Shown: positions 36,953-45,620 of the stretch, one piece after another
Layout of the letters: each line of letters begins with the position of its first letter
Numbering within the stretch: the stretch's first letter is position 1
NCBI GenBank assembly: GCA_963666565.1
Contig: OY762911.1
Location: forward strand, 3,808,001-3,872,000
Reading direction: 5' to 3'
Origin: Thermoanaerobaculia bacterium
GTDB taxonomy: Bacteria; Acidobacteriota; Thermoanaerobaculia; Multivoradales; Multivoraceae
DNA length: 64,000 nt
Notes under the pieces: generated by a model
Database searches by the model: none
What the model was told of the DNA's origin: nothing
The model's input: the letters and a program-made list of their open reading frames with translations, nothing else
Program-made: the position numbers and the translations under genes

Positions 36953-36954
36953 GG

Positions 36955-38295
36955 ATGGCGAAGACGGACGCCTGCGACCGGCACGCTGCCGACGCCGCGA
37001 CGCCGGACCGGCCGGCGGCGAGGCGCTTGCCGTGGCCGAAGCCGCCCGGCCCGGCGAGCCCGCCCGGCCAGCGCGACGCGGTCCGCGACCGGGCCGAGAT
37101 CGAACTCGTGCGCGGTCTCGTCGCGGTGCCGTCGCTGTCGCGGCACGAGGCCGCCGCCAGCGGCTGGCTGGCGGCCGAAATGGAGGCACGCGGCCTGGAG
37201 CGCTGCCACGTCGACGGAGCGCTGAACGCGGTCGGCGAGCTGGGCGATCCCGCAGCGTCCCGCCTCGTCGTCCTGCTCGGACACATCGACACCGTGCCGG
37301 GGAACATCCCGGTCCGGATCGAGGACGAGGGCTCCCCCCAAGGCATCCTGCACGGCCGGGGGTCGGTCGACGCGAAGGGACCGCTCGCCAGCTTCGTCGC
37401 GGCTGCCGCGCGGCTCGGCGGCGACTGGGCCCGCGCCCACGACCTGCGGGTGATCGTCGCCGGCGCGACGGAAGAGGAGGCGGCGAGTTCCCGCGGCGCC
37501 CACTTCCTGCTGAAGCGGCTGAACGGCCGCGACGAGCCGGCGCCCGACGTCTGCGTCATCGGCGAACCCAGCCACTGGCACCGGCTGACCCTCGGCTACA
37601 AGGGGCGCCTGCTGATCGACCTGATGGCCCGGCGGCCGAGCAGCCACACGGCGGGCCCGGAGGTCGGCGTCGGCATCACCGCGTTCGACCTCTGGCGGCG
37701 GCTGGAACGGGTGGCCGAGCGGAACGGCGGCCGGACGCCGTTCGAACGCGTCCTGCCCAGCCTGCGGTCGATCGGGACCACGAGCGACGGCCTCTACGAC
37801 ACGGTCCGCGCCGACTACGGCCTGCGGCTCCCCGTCGACTTCGACGCCGGCGCGCTGGTCGACGAACTGACGGACTGGTTCCGCGGCGCGGCGGCCGACA
37901 TCGACGGGCCGCTCTTCTCCGACCTCGACCCGGACCGGGCCACCGGCACGATCCGCTGCGAGCGGGGCGACGCCAGCCTGGAACTCAGCCTGCGCGGCTA
38001 CGAGATCGGGGTGCGTGCCGACCGGCACTCGCCACTGGTCCGGGCGTTCCTCGCCGCCATCCGCGGCGTCGGCGGACCCGACGTCGCGCCGAAGTTCGTC
38101 GTCAAGACCGGTACCTGCGACATGAACATCGTCTGGCCGGTCTGGCGCTGCCCCATCCTTGCCTACGGTCCGGGGGACAGTACACTCGACCACACACCCG
38201 ACGAGCACCTGGATCTGAACGAGTACCTGCTGGCGGTCGACACCGTGGAACTGGCGCTGAGGAACCTCGCCGCGGCCATGCCGGCGGCCGGCTGA
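36955..38295 (+). CDS. lysK: [LysW]-lysine hydrolase (M20/ArgE family)
   Basis: LLGHIDTVPG, GRGSVDAKG, EEE..S.GA, IGEPS, GYKG, KTGT.DMN, YGPGDS.LDHTP.EH. Confidence 0.93.
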   Translation: MAKTDACDRHAADAATPDRPAARRLPWPKPPGPASPPGQRDAVRDRAEIELVRGLVAVPSLSRHEAAASGWLAAEMEARGLERCHVDGALNAVGELGDPAASRLVVLLGHIDTVPGNIPVRIEDEGSPQGILHGRGSVDAKGPLASFVAAAARLGGDWARAHDLRVIVAGATEEEAASSRGAHFLLKRLNGRDEPAPDVCVIGEPSHWHRLTLGYKGRLLIDLMARRPSSHTAGPEVGVGITAFDLWRRLERVAERNGGRTPFERVLPSLRSIGTTSDGLYDTVRADYGLRLPVDFDAGALVDELTDWFRGAAADIDGPLFSDLDPDRATGTIRCERGDASLELSLRGYEIGVRADRHSPLVRAFLAAIRGVGGPDVAPKFVVKTGTCDMNIVWPVWRCPILAYGPGDSTLDHTPDEHLDLNEYLLAVDTVELALRNLAAAMPAAG

Positions 38296-38299
38296 CCGC

Positions 38300-39862
38300 G
38301 TGGCCTCCGGCCCCGGCACGCCCCGAGTCGACCGCACGGCCTTCGGCGTCAGCGTCGGGCTGATCGCGGTGGTCTGCGCTCCGCTCGCGCTGGCGCCCCA
38401 GGCCGGCGGCGCGCTGGTGGTCCAAGCCTACGAGTCCCTGACGGAGCGCTTCGGCCTCGTCTACCAGTGGGCGACGCTGGCGGTCACCGCGTTCCTCGTC
38501 TGGCTCGCCTTCAGCCGCCACGGCAGGCGCAGGCTCGGCAGCGACGACAGCCGGCCCGACTTCAACATCTTCAGTTGGATGGCGATGCTCTTCTGCGCCG
38601 GCATCGGGGCCGGACTCCTCTACTGGTCGACGATCGAGTGGGTGACCTACCTCGACAAGCCGCCGTTCGAACTCGCCCCGAACTCCACCGAGGCGGTCGA
38701 GTGGGCGGCGACCTACGGCATCTTCCACTGGGGCATCTCGGCCTGGGCGTTGTACGGCTTTCCGGCGGTGGCGATCGCCATCCCCTACTACCGCCAGCAC
38801 GCGCCGGTGCTTCGGCTGAGTACGGGGCTGCACGCGCTGATCGGCCGCGACGGCTACGACCGGGCGCCCGCCCGGATCGTCGACGTGCTGTTCATCCTGG
38901 CGCTGGTCGGCGGCACCGGCACCTCGCTGGGGCTGGGAACGCCGATGGTGGCCGCCTGCATCGGCGAGGTCCTGGGAATCGAGCAGACGTTCGGGCTCCA
39001 GGTGACGATCCTGGCGGTCTGCGTCACCCTGTTCGCCGCCAGCGTCTACCTCGGGCTCGAACGGGGCATCAAGCCGCTCTCCGACGGGTCGATCCTGGCC
39101 GCGATCCTCCTGCTCGCCTTCATCCTGATCGTCGGACCGACCAACTTCCTCCTGCGTTCCGGCACGAACTCGATCGGGCTGATGCTCGAGAACTTCATCC
39201 GGCTGAACACCTGGACGGATCCGGTGGCGCGGACCGGCTTCATCGAGGACATGACCGTCTTCTACTGGGCCTGGTGGATCGCCTACGGCCCGTTCATGGG
39301 CCTGTTCGTCACCCGCATCTCCCGCGGCCGGACGGTGCGGGAACTGATCCTGGGCATGCTGATCCTGGGCACCCTCGGCTGCGCCCTCTTCTACGCCGTG
39401 CTCGGCAACTACAGCATGCACCTGGACCTCTCGGGAGCGCTGCCGGTGCGGGAGATCGCAGCCCAGGCCGGCGCCGAGAACGCCATCGCACAGAGCATCG
39501 GCTTCCTGCCGCTCGGAACCGCCGCGCTCGCCGTCTTCGCGCTCGTGGCGATCGTCTTCATCGCCACGACCTACGACTCGGCGTCCTACTGCCTGGCGGC
39601 GTCGGCCACCCGCAACCTGCCGGAGGGAACCCACCCGGCCCGCTGGCACCGGCTGTTCTGGGCCGTCGCCGTCGGCGTGCTGCCGGTCACGCTGATGTTC
39701 ATCGGCCAGGAGGGAGGCGCCGACCAACTGCGGGTCATCCAGTCGGCCACCCTGGTCGTCTCGCTGCCGCTCCTCGTCGTGGGAGCGCTGATGGTCGTGT
39801 CTCTGATGCGCTCGCTGCGGGAAGCGGACGGCGAACCGGCGCCCGACTCCCGCCGAGCCTGA
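38300..39862 (+). CDS. BCCT family transporter
   Basis: SW.AMLFCAGIG, FHWG.SAW, GTSLGLG, FYWAWWIAYGPFMGLF.TRISRGRTVRE; about 12 TM helices. Confidence 0.93.
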   Translation: MASGPGTPRVDRTAFGVSVGLIAVVCAPLALAPQAGGALVVQAYESLTERFGLVYQWATLAVTAFLVWLAFSRHGRRRLGSDDSRPDFNIFSWMAMLFCAGIGAGLLYWSTIEWVTYLDKPPFELAPNSTEAVEWAATYGIFHWGISAWALYGFPAVAIAIPYYRQHAPVLRLSTGLHALIGRDGYDRAPARIVDVLFILALVGGTGTSLGLGTPMVAACIGEVLGIEQTFGLQVTILAVCVTLFAASVYLGLERGIKPLSDGSILAAILLLAFILIVGPTNFLLRSGTNSIGLMLENFIRLNTWTDPVARTGFIEDMTVFYWAWWIAYGPFMGLFVTRISRGRTVRELILGMLILGTLGCALFYAVLGNYSMHLDLSGALPVREIAAQAGAENAIAQSIGFLPLGTAALAVFALVAIVFIATTYDSASYCLAASATRNLPEGTHPARWHRLFWAVAVGVLPVTLMFIGQEGGADQLRVIQSATLVVSLPLLVVGALMVVSLMRSLREADGEPAPDSRRA

Positions 39863-39934
39863 TTCCCGGTGAACGGGGCGCTCGCCGCCCGCTTCAACAC
39901 CGGCTTCGGCCCGGAACCGGGTTCGCCCCGGAAC

Positions 39935-40735
39935 TCAGCGCTCGCCGCCGGCCCCGAGCGCCGACTTGAGCTCCCCGACGGCGCTCGCCATCGCGTCGAG
40001 CGCGCTCTCCCAGTCTTCCCAGTGGAACGCGTGCCCGGCCTCGATCGCCTCGTCCCAGGAAGCGTTGATCGCGAACAGCGCGTCGGCCGCCTCGTGGCGC
40101 TTCGCGGGGTCCCGGAGCCGCAGAACGGCGCGGCCCACCTCGGCGCGTTGCCGGCCCAGCGACCGCAGCCGCGCCAGGTTGCGGCCGCCCCGCGCCAGCG
40201 CTTCCTGGCCCGCTTCACCGGGAATGCCGACCTCTTCGTGATCCGCGTCCGGGCCGTGACAGCGATTGCACTGCGCCTGCAGGCCGCCTTCGACGCCCAG
40301 CGACTGGGCCGCCAGACTCCCGTGGCAAGTCGTGCAGGTCGGCGCCGCGCGGACCTGCCGCTCGAGGAGCGCGTAGTGGGCGCTCTCCTGCAGCGCCCGG
40401 TACTCGGCATCGTGGCAGCGGCCGCAGGTCCGCGGCAGATTCCAGTGGTTTGTCGGGCTGTCGCCGCGGGCGCTGTTGAGCACCCCCTTGTGGGCCCGCA
40501 ACTCGACGAACGTCGACGTGTTGCCGCCATGACAGTCCGCGCAGGAGACGCCGGCAGAGGCGTGCGCCGAGTCGCGGAACTGCCGCAGGTGGACCTGCGC
40601 CACTTCGTCCAGTTCCTGGGCGGCGTGGCAGTCGATGCACGGATCCTGTGCCCAGGCGGCGGCAGAGAACGCGACGCCGGCAAGCAGCGGAGCCGCCCGC
40701 TTCGCCGTCGTCCTGGCCGTCCTGACGCCGTTCAC
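39935..40735 (-). CDS. Secreted pentaheme cytochrome c
   Basis: Signal peptide; CIDCH, CADCH, CGRCH, CTTCH, CNRCH. Confidence 0.88.
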   Translation of the reverse strand: MNGVRTARTTAKRAAPLLAGVAFSAAAWAQDPCIDCHAAQELDEVAQVHLRQFRDSAHASAGVSCADCHGGNTSTFVELRAHKGVLNSARGDSPTNHWNLPRTCGRCHDAEYRALQESAHYALLERQVRAAPTCTTCHGSLAAQSLGVEGGLQAQCNRCHGPDADHEEVGIPGEAGQEALARGGRNLARLRSLGRQRAEVGRAVLRLRDPAKRHEAADALFAINASWDEAIEAGHAFHWEDWESALDAMASAVGELKSALGAGGER

Positions 40736-40775
40736 GGTTTCAGACTACCAACTGCCGCCAACGCCGCCCCCGCCG

Positions 40776-42506
40776 TCACCGCCAGTCGAACTCCGGCGTC
40801 AGCGCGACCTCCCGGTCCCCTCCCGGCAGGTCGGGCAGGCGCAGGCGGTAGTAGTTCAGCGGAATCCCGCCGTACCAGTAGCGGTGCCGCGCGATCCGCG
40901 CCGGCCGCTCGACGACATGGCGCACCGTCCCCGCGTCCGAGCCGCCGGAGACCGGCGCCAGCGTCGCCGTCAGGCGGGCGAGCCGCACCGGCGACCCGAT
41001 CAGGAGTTCGCCGTCGGCCCGCGGCCGGTAACGGATGCCGTCCGGCCCATGCGGCCGGAGACCGGCGCCGATCAGCCGGACGCGCAGGTCGCCGTGCTGG
41101 ATCTCCGTCGGGGCCGATCCGAGGTGAATCTGCGACGTCTCGAGCGGCAGGAGCCCCTTGGCGGCCGCCGAGACGTAGCGCAGGCGCCGGGCCCCGTGGT
41201 CGGGATCGATCTCCAGCGGGAACGAGGCCGCCGTCAGCCACAGGGGCGCCACGAACAGCGTCGCCGCCACCGCCGTCGCCGCCAGCCACCGCCGCGGCGG
41301 CGGCCGCTCGATCAGGAACCAGCAGGCCGGGTAGAGGGGAAGGAACCAGCGGTTCGCGATGGCGCCCGCTCCGCCATAGAAGTTGTAGGGGTTCTTGATC
41401 AGGAAGGCCAGGAGCCCGACGGCGACGCCGGCCAGCAGCCAGCGGCGCCGCGACCCCGGCCGCAGGCAGGCGCAGGCCAGGAGCAACGGAAGGAAGTACG
41501 GAACGACGCCGACGCTCCGCCCGATCAGCGCGTAGACGACGTTGTGGCCGAGCAGGGCGGCGTCCATGTCCGGCAACAGGAAGCCCTCGCGAACCCAGGA
41601 GGCGTCCCCGCCGGCCGCCAGCCGCTCGGGCCAGCGCTCCCGGTCGAAGTCGACGTCCGGATAGCCCGTGGCGCTGCTGAATCCCTGCCGTTCGCTCGCG
41701 TAGGGAGTCCAGGCGCCGCCGCTGGCGCGGTGAAACCAGGCGGAACCGAGCAGCAGCAGGATGGCGGCGGACGCAACGAGGGCCGCGGAGCGGCGTCCCC
41801 AGGCCTCGCGCAAGGTCGGCGTCGCGGCCGCCAGCGCGGCGGCGAGCAGCGCAAGGTAGAACGGCCGGCCGGCGCCGGCGACGGCCAGCAGCGCGCCGCC
41901 GGCCGCCAGGCGCACCGCCGGGAGTTTCCCACCCTCGAACCAGGGGTCCAGGCAGCACAGGCCAAGCGCCGTCACGACCAGGTAGAAGAGGTCCGCGTGG
42001 ATCCAGAAGACGTGGCCGAAAGCGACCGAGAAGAAGAGCAGGAGAGCCGCCACCAGCGGTCCGTCGGCGCCGACCCGCGCGGCCAGCAAGCAGTCGAGCA
42101 GCAGCGCCGCCGCGACGAGCAGCAGCAGATTGGCCAGGATCGGCCCCTGCACGGGCGCCAGGCGGACGAACGGCGCGAGGTAGAGAGAGTAGAAAGCCGG
42201 CTTGGCGTAGACCAGCGTCGCGCCGCCGTCGACGCTCTGCAGGATCAGCGGGTCGGGCACCTTGCCCGTCAACCGCTGGTAGCGCCGGAAGTCGGCCTCC
42301 TCGTAGCGACGGTCGAAGTCGAAGGCCAGGCTCTGGGCCTGCATCGCGTAGACCCCCTCGTCGCCGACCGTGTACGGCCAGTCGGACGGGTCGAAGACGG
42401 CCGCGCCGACGGCCAGGGCGAGCAGTAGCGCCCAGAGCGCGCCCCGCTGCCAGGTCGGCGTTCCAAGACACCGCCACGCCTGCCCGCTGCCGGAGGGTTC
42501 CTCCAT
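40776..42506 (-). CDS. Polytopic membrane protein, GT-C (ArnT/PMT-like) glycosyltransferase candidate
   Basis: First TM helix followed by GDE..Y..QA.SL..D.D; many TM helices; late NRW..P.YP motif. Confidence 0.65.
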   Translation of the reverse strand: MEEPSGSGQAWRCLGTPTWQRGALWALLLALAVGAAVFDPSDWPYTVGDEGVYAMQAQSLAFDFDRRYEEADFRRYQRLTGKVPDPLILQSVDGGATLVYAKPAFYSLYLAPFVRLAPVQGPILANLLLLVAAALLLDCLLAARVGADGPLVAALLLFFSVAFGHVFWIHADLFYLVVTALGLCCLDPWFEGGKLPAVRLAAGGALLAVAGAGRPFYLALLAAALAAATPTLREAWGRRSAALVASAAILLLLGSAWFHRASGGAWTPYASERQGFSSATGYPDVDFDRERWPERLAAGGDASWVREGFLLPDMDAALLGHNVVYALIGRSVGVVPYFLPLLLACACLRPGSRRRWLLAGVAVGLLAFLIKNPYNFYGGAGAIANRWFLPLYPACWFLIERPPPRRWLAATAVAATLFVAPLWLTAASFPLEIDPDHGARRLRYVSAAAKGLLPLETSQIHLGSAPTEIQHGDLRVRLIGAGLRPHGPDGIRYRPRADGELLIGSPVRLARLTATLAPVSGGSDAGTVRHVVERPARIARHRYWYGGIPLNYYRLRLPDLPGGDREVALTPEFDWR

Positions 42507-42736
42507 ACCCGCCGGGACGCTAGCACCGGGGCGCTCCAGCGCTGGACCGGAGAATCCGGTCGCCCCCGCGGCGCGGAGGGGCCCCGGGGCGGTTCGCCTC
42601 TTGATCTGACGAAAGCACGACGGCGCCGTGACGGCGGCATTGCGAACAACGCATGGCGCTGCTCCGAACGCCTACCGATCGGCGAGTGTTGTACTCTCCG
42701 GACCGGTCGACCTACCACCATGAAGGGAGCCGTTTC

Positions 42737-45436
42737 ATGAAGAAGCTCGAAGTCGCGCCCCGTCGCCTGACGCACCTGCTGGTCCTGTTCCTGACTCTCG
42801 GTCTGGCGGTTCCGGTCCTGGCTCAGGAAGGCGACAACCAGGACGAAGCCGAGGCCGAGGAAACCACGGAGTTCGAAGAGACGATCGTCGTCGTCGGCAC
42901 CCGAACGGAGGGACGGACGGTCACCGCATCCCCCGTGCCGGTCGACGTCATTCCCGAGACCGAGCTGGTCAGCCAGGGCGCCAACGACCTGACGGACCGG
43001 ATCCGCAAGGTCGTCCCGTCCTACAACGTCGGCATGCAGCCGATCAGCGACGCGGCCACCCTGGTTCGCCCGGCCAACCTCCGCGGTCTGGCGCCGGACC
43101 ACACCCTGATCCTGGTCAACGGCAAACGCCGTCACCGCGCCGCGGTCATCGCCTGGCTGGGGAACGGCATCTCGGACGGCTCCCAGGGGCCGGACATCTC
43201 CGTCATCCCGTCCATCGCCCTGCGCCAGGTCGAGGTCCTGCGCGACGGCGCCTCGGCGCAGTACGGCTCCGACGCGATCGCCGGCGTCATCAACTTCCAG
43301 CTCAAGGACGCGAGTTCGGGCGGCAGCATCGAAGTCCGCTCGGGCCAGTTCGCGGACGCGAACCCGGGGTCCAGTTCCGGCTTCGGCGGGCAGTACACGT
43401 TCGCCGGCGAGAACGGCCTCTCCTACGCCGTAGCCGCCAACCTCGGCATGCCGATGGGCGACAACGGCTTCTTCAACCTGAGCCTGGAGTACGGCGCCGC
43501 CGACCCGACGAGCCGCAGCGTTCAGCGGAACGACGCGATCGCCATCATCAACACCGGCAACAGCCACATCCGCAATCCGGCCCAGGTTTGGGGCTCGCCG
43601 CTGGTCGAGGACGACATCAAGCTCTTCGCCAACTTCGGCAGCCTGTTCGACAACGGCGTCCAGTTCTACGGCCACGCGAACTACGCCACGCGGACGACGA
43701 CCGGCGGCTTCTACTTCCGCAATCCGAACACGCGGACCGGCGTCTTCACCTACTCGGACACGGCGAGGCGGGGCAAGTTCCTGCTCGTCGGCGACCGCGA
43801 ATGGGCCGCGACCGGCGTCGAGGGCGCCGGCAACTGCCCCGCCGTCCCGGTCGTCGATCACGTGCCCGACGCGGCCGCGCTGGCGGCCGTCGAAGCGGAC
43901 CCGAACTGCTTCACGCTGCGGACCCGCTTCCCCGGCGGCTTCACGCCGCAGTTCGGCGGCGACCTGACCGACTCCTCGATCATCGCCGGCCTCCGCGGCT
44001 ACCTCGACAGCGGCATGACCTGGGATCTCAGCGTCAACGTCGGCAACAGCGAGGTCGACCAGTTCATCTACAACACGGTGAACGCCTCGCTCGGCTACGA
44101 CACGCCGACCTCGTTCAGCCCCGGCATCTACGAGCAGACGGACACGAACGTCAACTTCGACATCACCTACCCGGTGCGCGACAACGTCAGCCTCGCCGCC
44201 GGCGTGGAGTGGCGGAACGAGCAGTTCCGGATCGGCGCCGGCGACCCGGCTTCCTGGGAGATCGGCCCCTACGCCGCCCAGGGCTTCAGCTCCGGATCCA
44301 ACGGCTTCAACGGCTACCGCGCCGACGTGACGGCCGGCACCTGGGACCGCGCCAACGTCGCGGTCTACGGCGACGTCGAGTTCGAGGACCCGGACGAGAT
44401 GTGGACCGTAACCACGGCGCTCCGCATCGAGGACTTCGACGGCTTCGGCAACACGACGAACGCGAAGGTCTCGGGGCGCCGCGTCGTATCCGACGCGGTC
44501 TCGCTGCGCGCCGCCGTCAGCACCGGCTTCCGCGCGCCGACGCCCGGTCAGCAGAACGCGTTCAACGTGACGACGGCCTTCGATCCCGAGACCGGCGGCC
44601 TGTCCAACAGCGGCACCGTTCCCTCCAACTCCGCGCCCGCGGCGCTGCGGGGCGGCGAGGATCTCCAGCCCGAAGAGGCCGTCAACTTCTCGGCCGGCCT
44701 GATCGTCGACAAGGGCGACTTCACCCTGACGGCGGACGTCTTCCACATCGACGTCGACGACCGGCTCGCGATTTCGGAGACCTTCCGGCAGTGCGCCCTC
44801 ATCCAGGAACCGAACTGCGTGACGGACGACGAGATCGAGCAGTTGCTCTCCGGTGGCTTCGTCGAGGCGCGGAACCTGAAGAACTTCCGGTTCTTCGTCA
44901 ACGACTTCGCCACCCAGACGCAGGGCCTGGACGTGGTCGGCACCTGGACGCCGGCGGAGCTCGGCGGCGACACGAGCTTCAGCCTCGTGTTCAACTACAC
45001 GAAGACGGAGGTCACGGACCACAATCCAGACACCGTCGGCCCCTTCCGCATCGCCACGATCGAGAAGGGACTGCCGGAGTTCCGCTGGAACCTGGCGATG
45101 AACCACGACGCCCGAAGCTGGAACCTGATGACCCGTCTGAACTACTTCGACGGCTGGTGGGACAGCGAGGACGCGCAGAACTTCCTCGGCCGGAACAACG
45201 CGCCGATGTACTCGGACTACAACGGCGAGTTCCTGCTCGACGTCGAGGTCGGCATTCCGCTGCCGAACAACACGTCGATCGCCATCGGCGTCCAGAACCT
45301 GCTGAACACCTACCCGGAAGAGAACCCCGGCGCCGCCGACGCAGTCGGCAACCGGTACGGCCAGTTCTCGCCGTTCGGCTTCAACGGGTCCTACTACTAC
45401 GTCCGGTTCAACTACGCCTGGGGCCAGAACTTCTAG
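42737..45436 (+). CDS. TonB-dependent receptor
   Basis: Signal peptide; ETIVVVGTR TonB box; LRGL.PD.TLILVNGKRRH; EVLRDGASAQYGSDAIAGVIN; STGFRAP; C-terminal Phe. Confidence 0.95.
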   Translation: MKKLEVAPRRLTHLLVLFLTLGLAVPVLAQEGDNQDEAEAEETTEFEETIVVVGTRTEGRTVTASPVPVDVIPETELVSQGANDLTDRIRKVVPSYNVGMQPISDAATLVRPANLRGLAPDHTLILVNGKRRHRAAVIAWLGNGISDGSQGPDISVIPSIALRQVEVLRDGASAQYGSDAIAGVINFQLKDASSGGSIEVRSGQFADANPGSSSGFGGQYTFAGENGLSYAVAANLGMPMGDNGFFNLSLEYGAADPTSRSVQRNDAIAIINTGNSHIRNPAQVWGSPLVEDDIKLFANFGSLFDNGVQFYGHANYATRTTTGGFYFRNPNTRTGVFTYSDTARRGKFLLVGDREWAATGVEGAGNCPAVPVVDHVPDAAALAAVEADPNCFTLRTRFPGGFTPQFGGDLTDSSIIAGLRGYLDSGMTWDLSVNVGNSEVDQFIYNTVNASLGYDTPTSFSPGIYEQTDTNVNFDITYPVRDNVSLAAGVEWRNEQFRIGAGDPASWEIGPYAAQGFSSGSNGFNGYRADVTAGTWDRANVAVYGDVEFEDPDEMWTVTTALRIEDFDGFGNTTNAKVSGRRVVSDAVSLRAAVSTGFRAPTPGQQNAFNVTTAFDPETGGLSNSGTVPSNSAPAALRGGEDLQPEEAVNFSAGLIVDKGDFTLTADVFHIDVDDRLAISETFRQCALIQEPNCVTDDEIEQLLSGGFVEARNLKNFRFFVNDFATQTQGLDVVGTWTPAELGGDTSFSLVFNYTKTEVTDHNPDTVGPFRIATIEKGLPEFRWNLAMNHDARSWNLMTRLNYFDGWWDSEDAQNFLGRNNAPMYSDYNGEFLLDVEVGIPLPNNTSIAIGVQNLLNTYPEENPGAADAVGNRYGQFSPFGFNGSYYYVRFNYAWGQNF

Positions 45437-45465
45437 GAGTCAGGGCATCGACGCGGTCGCCGGCC

Positions 45466-45593
45466 GGGTGCGCGGGTCTTCCGACCCGCACCGTGCTGGG
45501 TGCGCGGGTCTTCCGACCCGCTCCGTGGCGGGTGCGCGGGTCCTCTGATCCGCACCGTGCTGGGTGCGCGGGTCTTCCGACCCGCACCCGGCG
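45466..45593. repeat. Four tandem 32-bp REP-like palindromic units (family B)
   Basis: GGGTGC-GCGGGTC-TTCC-GACCCGC-ACCGTGCT with starts at 45466, 45498, 45530 and 45562; lies between convergent genes. Confidence 0.9.
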
Positions 45594-45620
45594 AAGCCGG
45601 CCAGTAAACCGCGCCGGCCG

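Noticed and set aside
42507-42736. Riboswitch or Fur box upstream of the TonB receptor
   Set aside because: GC hairpins only; no recognisable consensus.
45466-45593. Possible CRISPR array
   Set aside because: Units abut with only about 8 nt of near-identical linker, there are no unique 25-45 nt spacers, and no cas genes are present.
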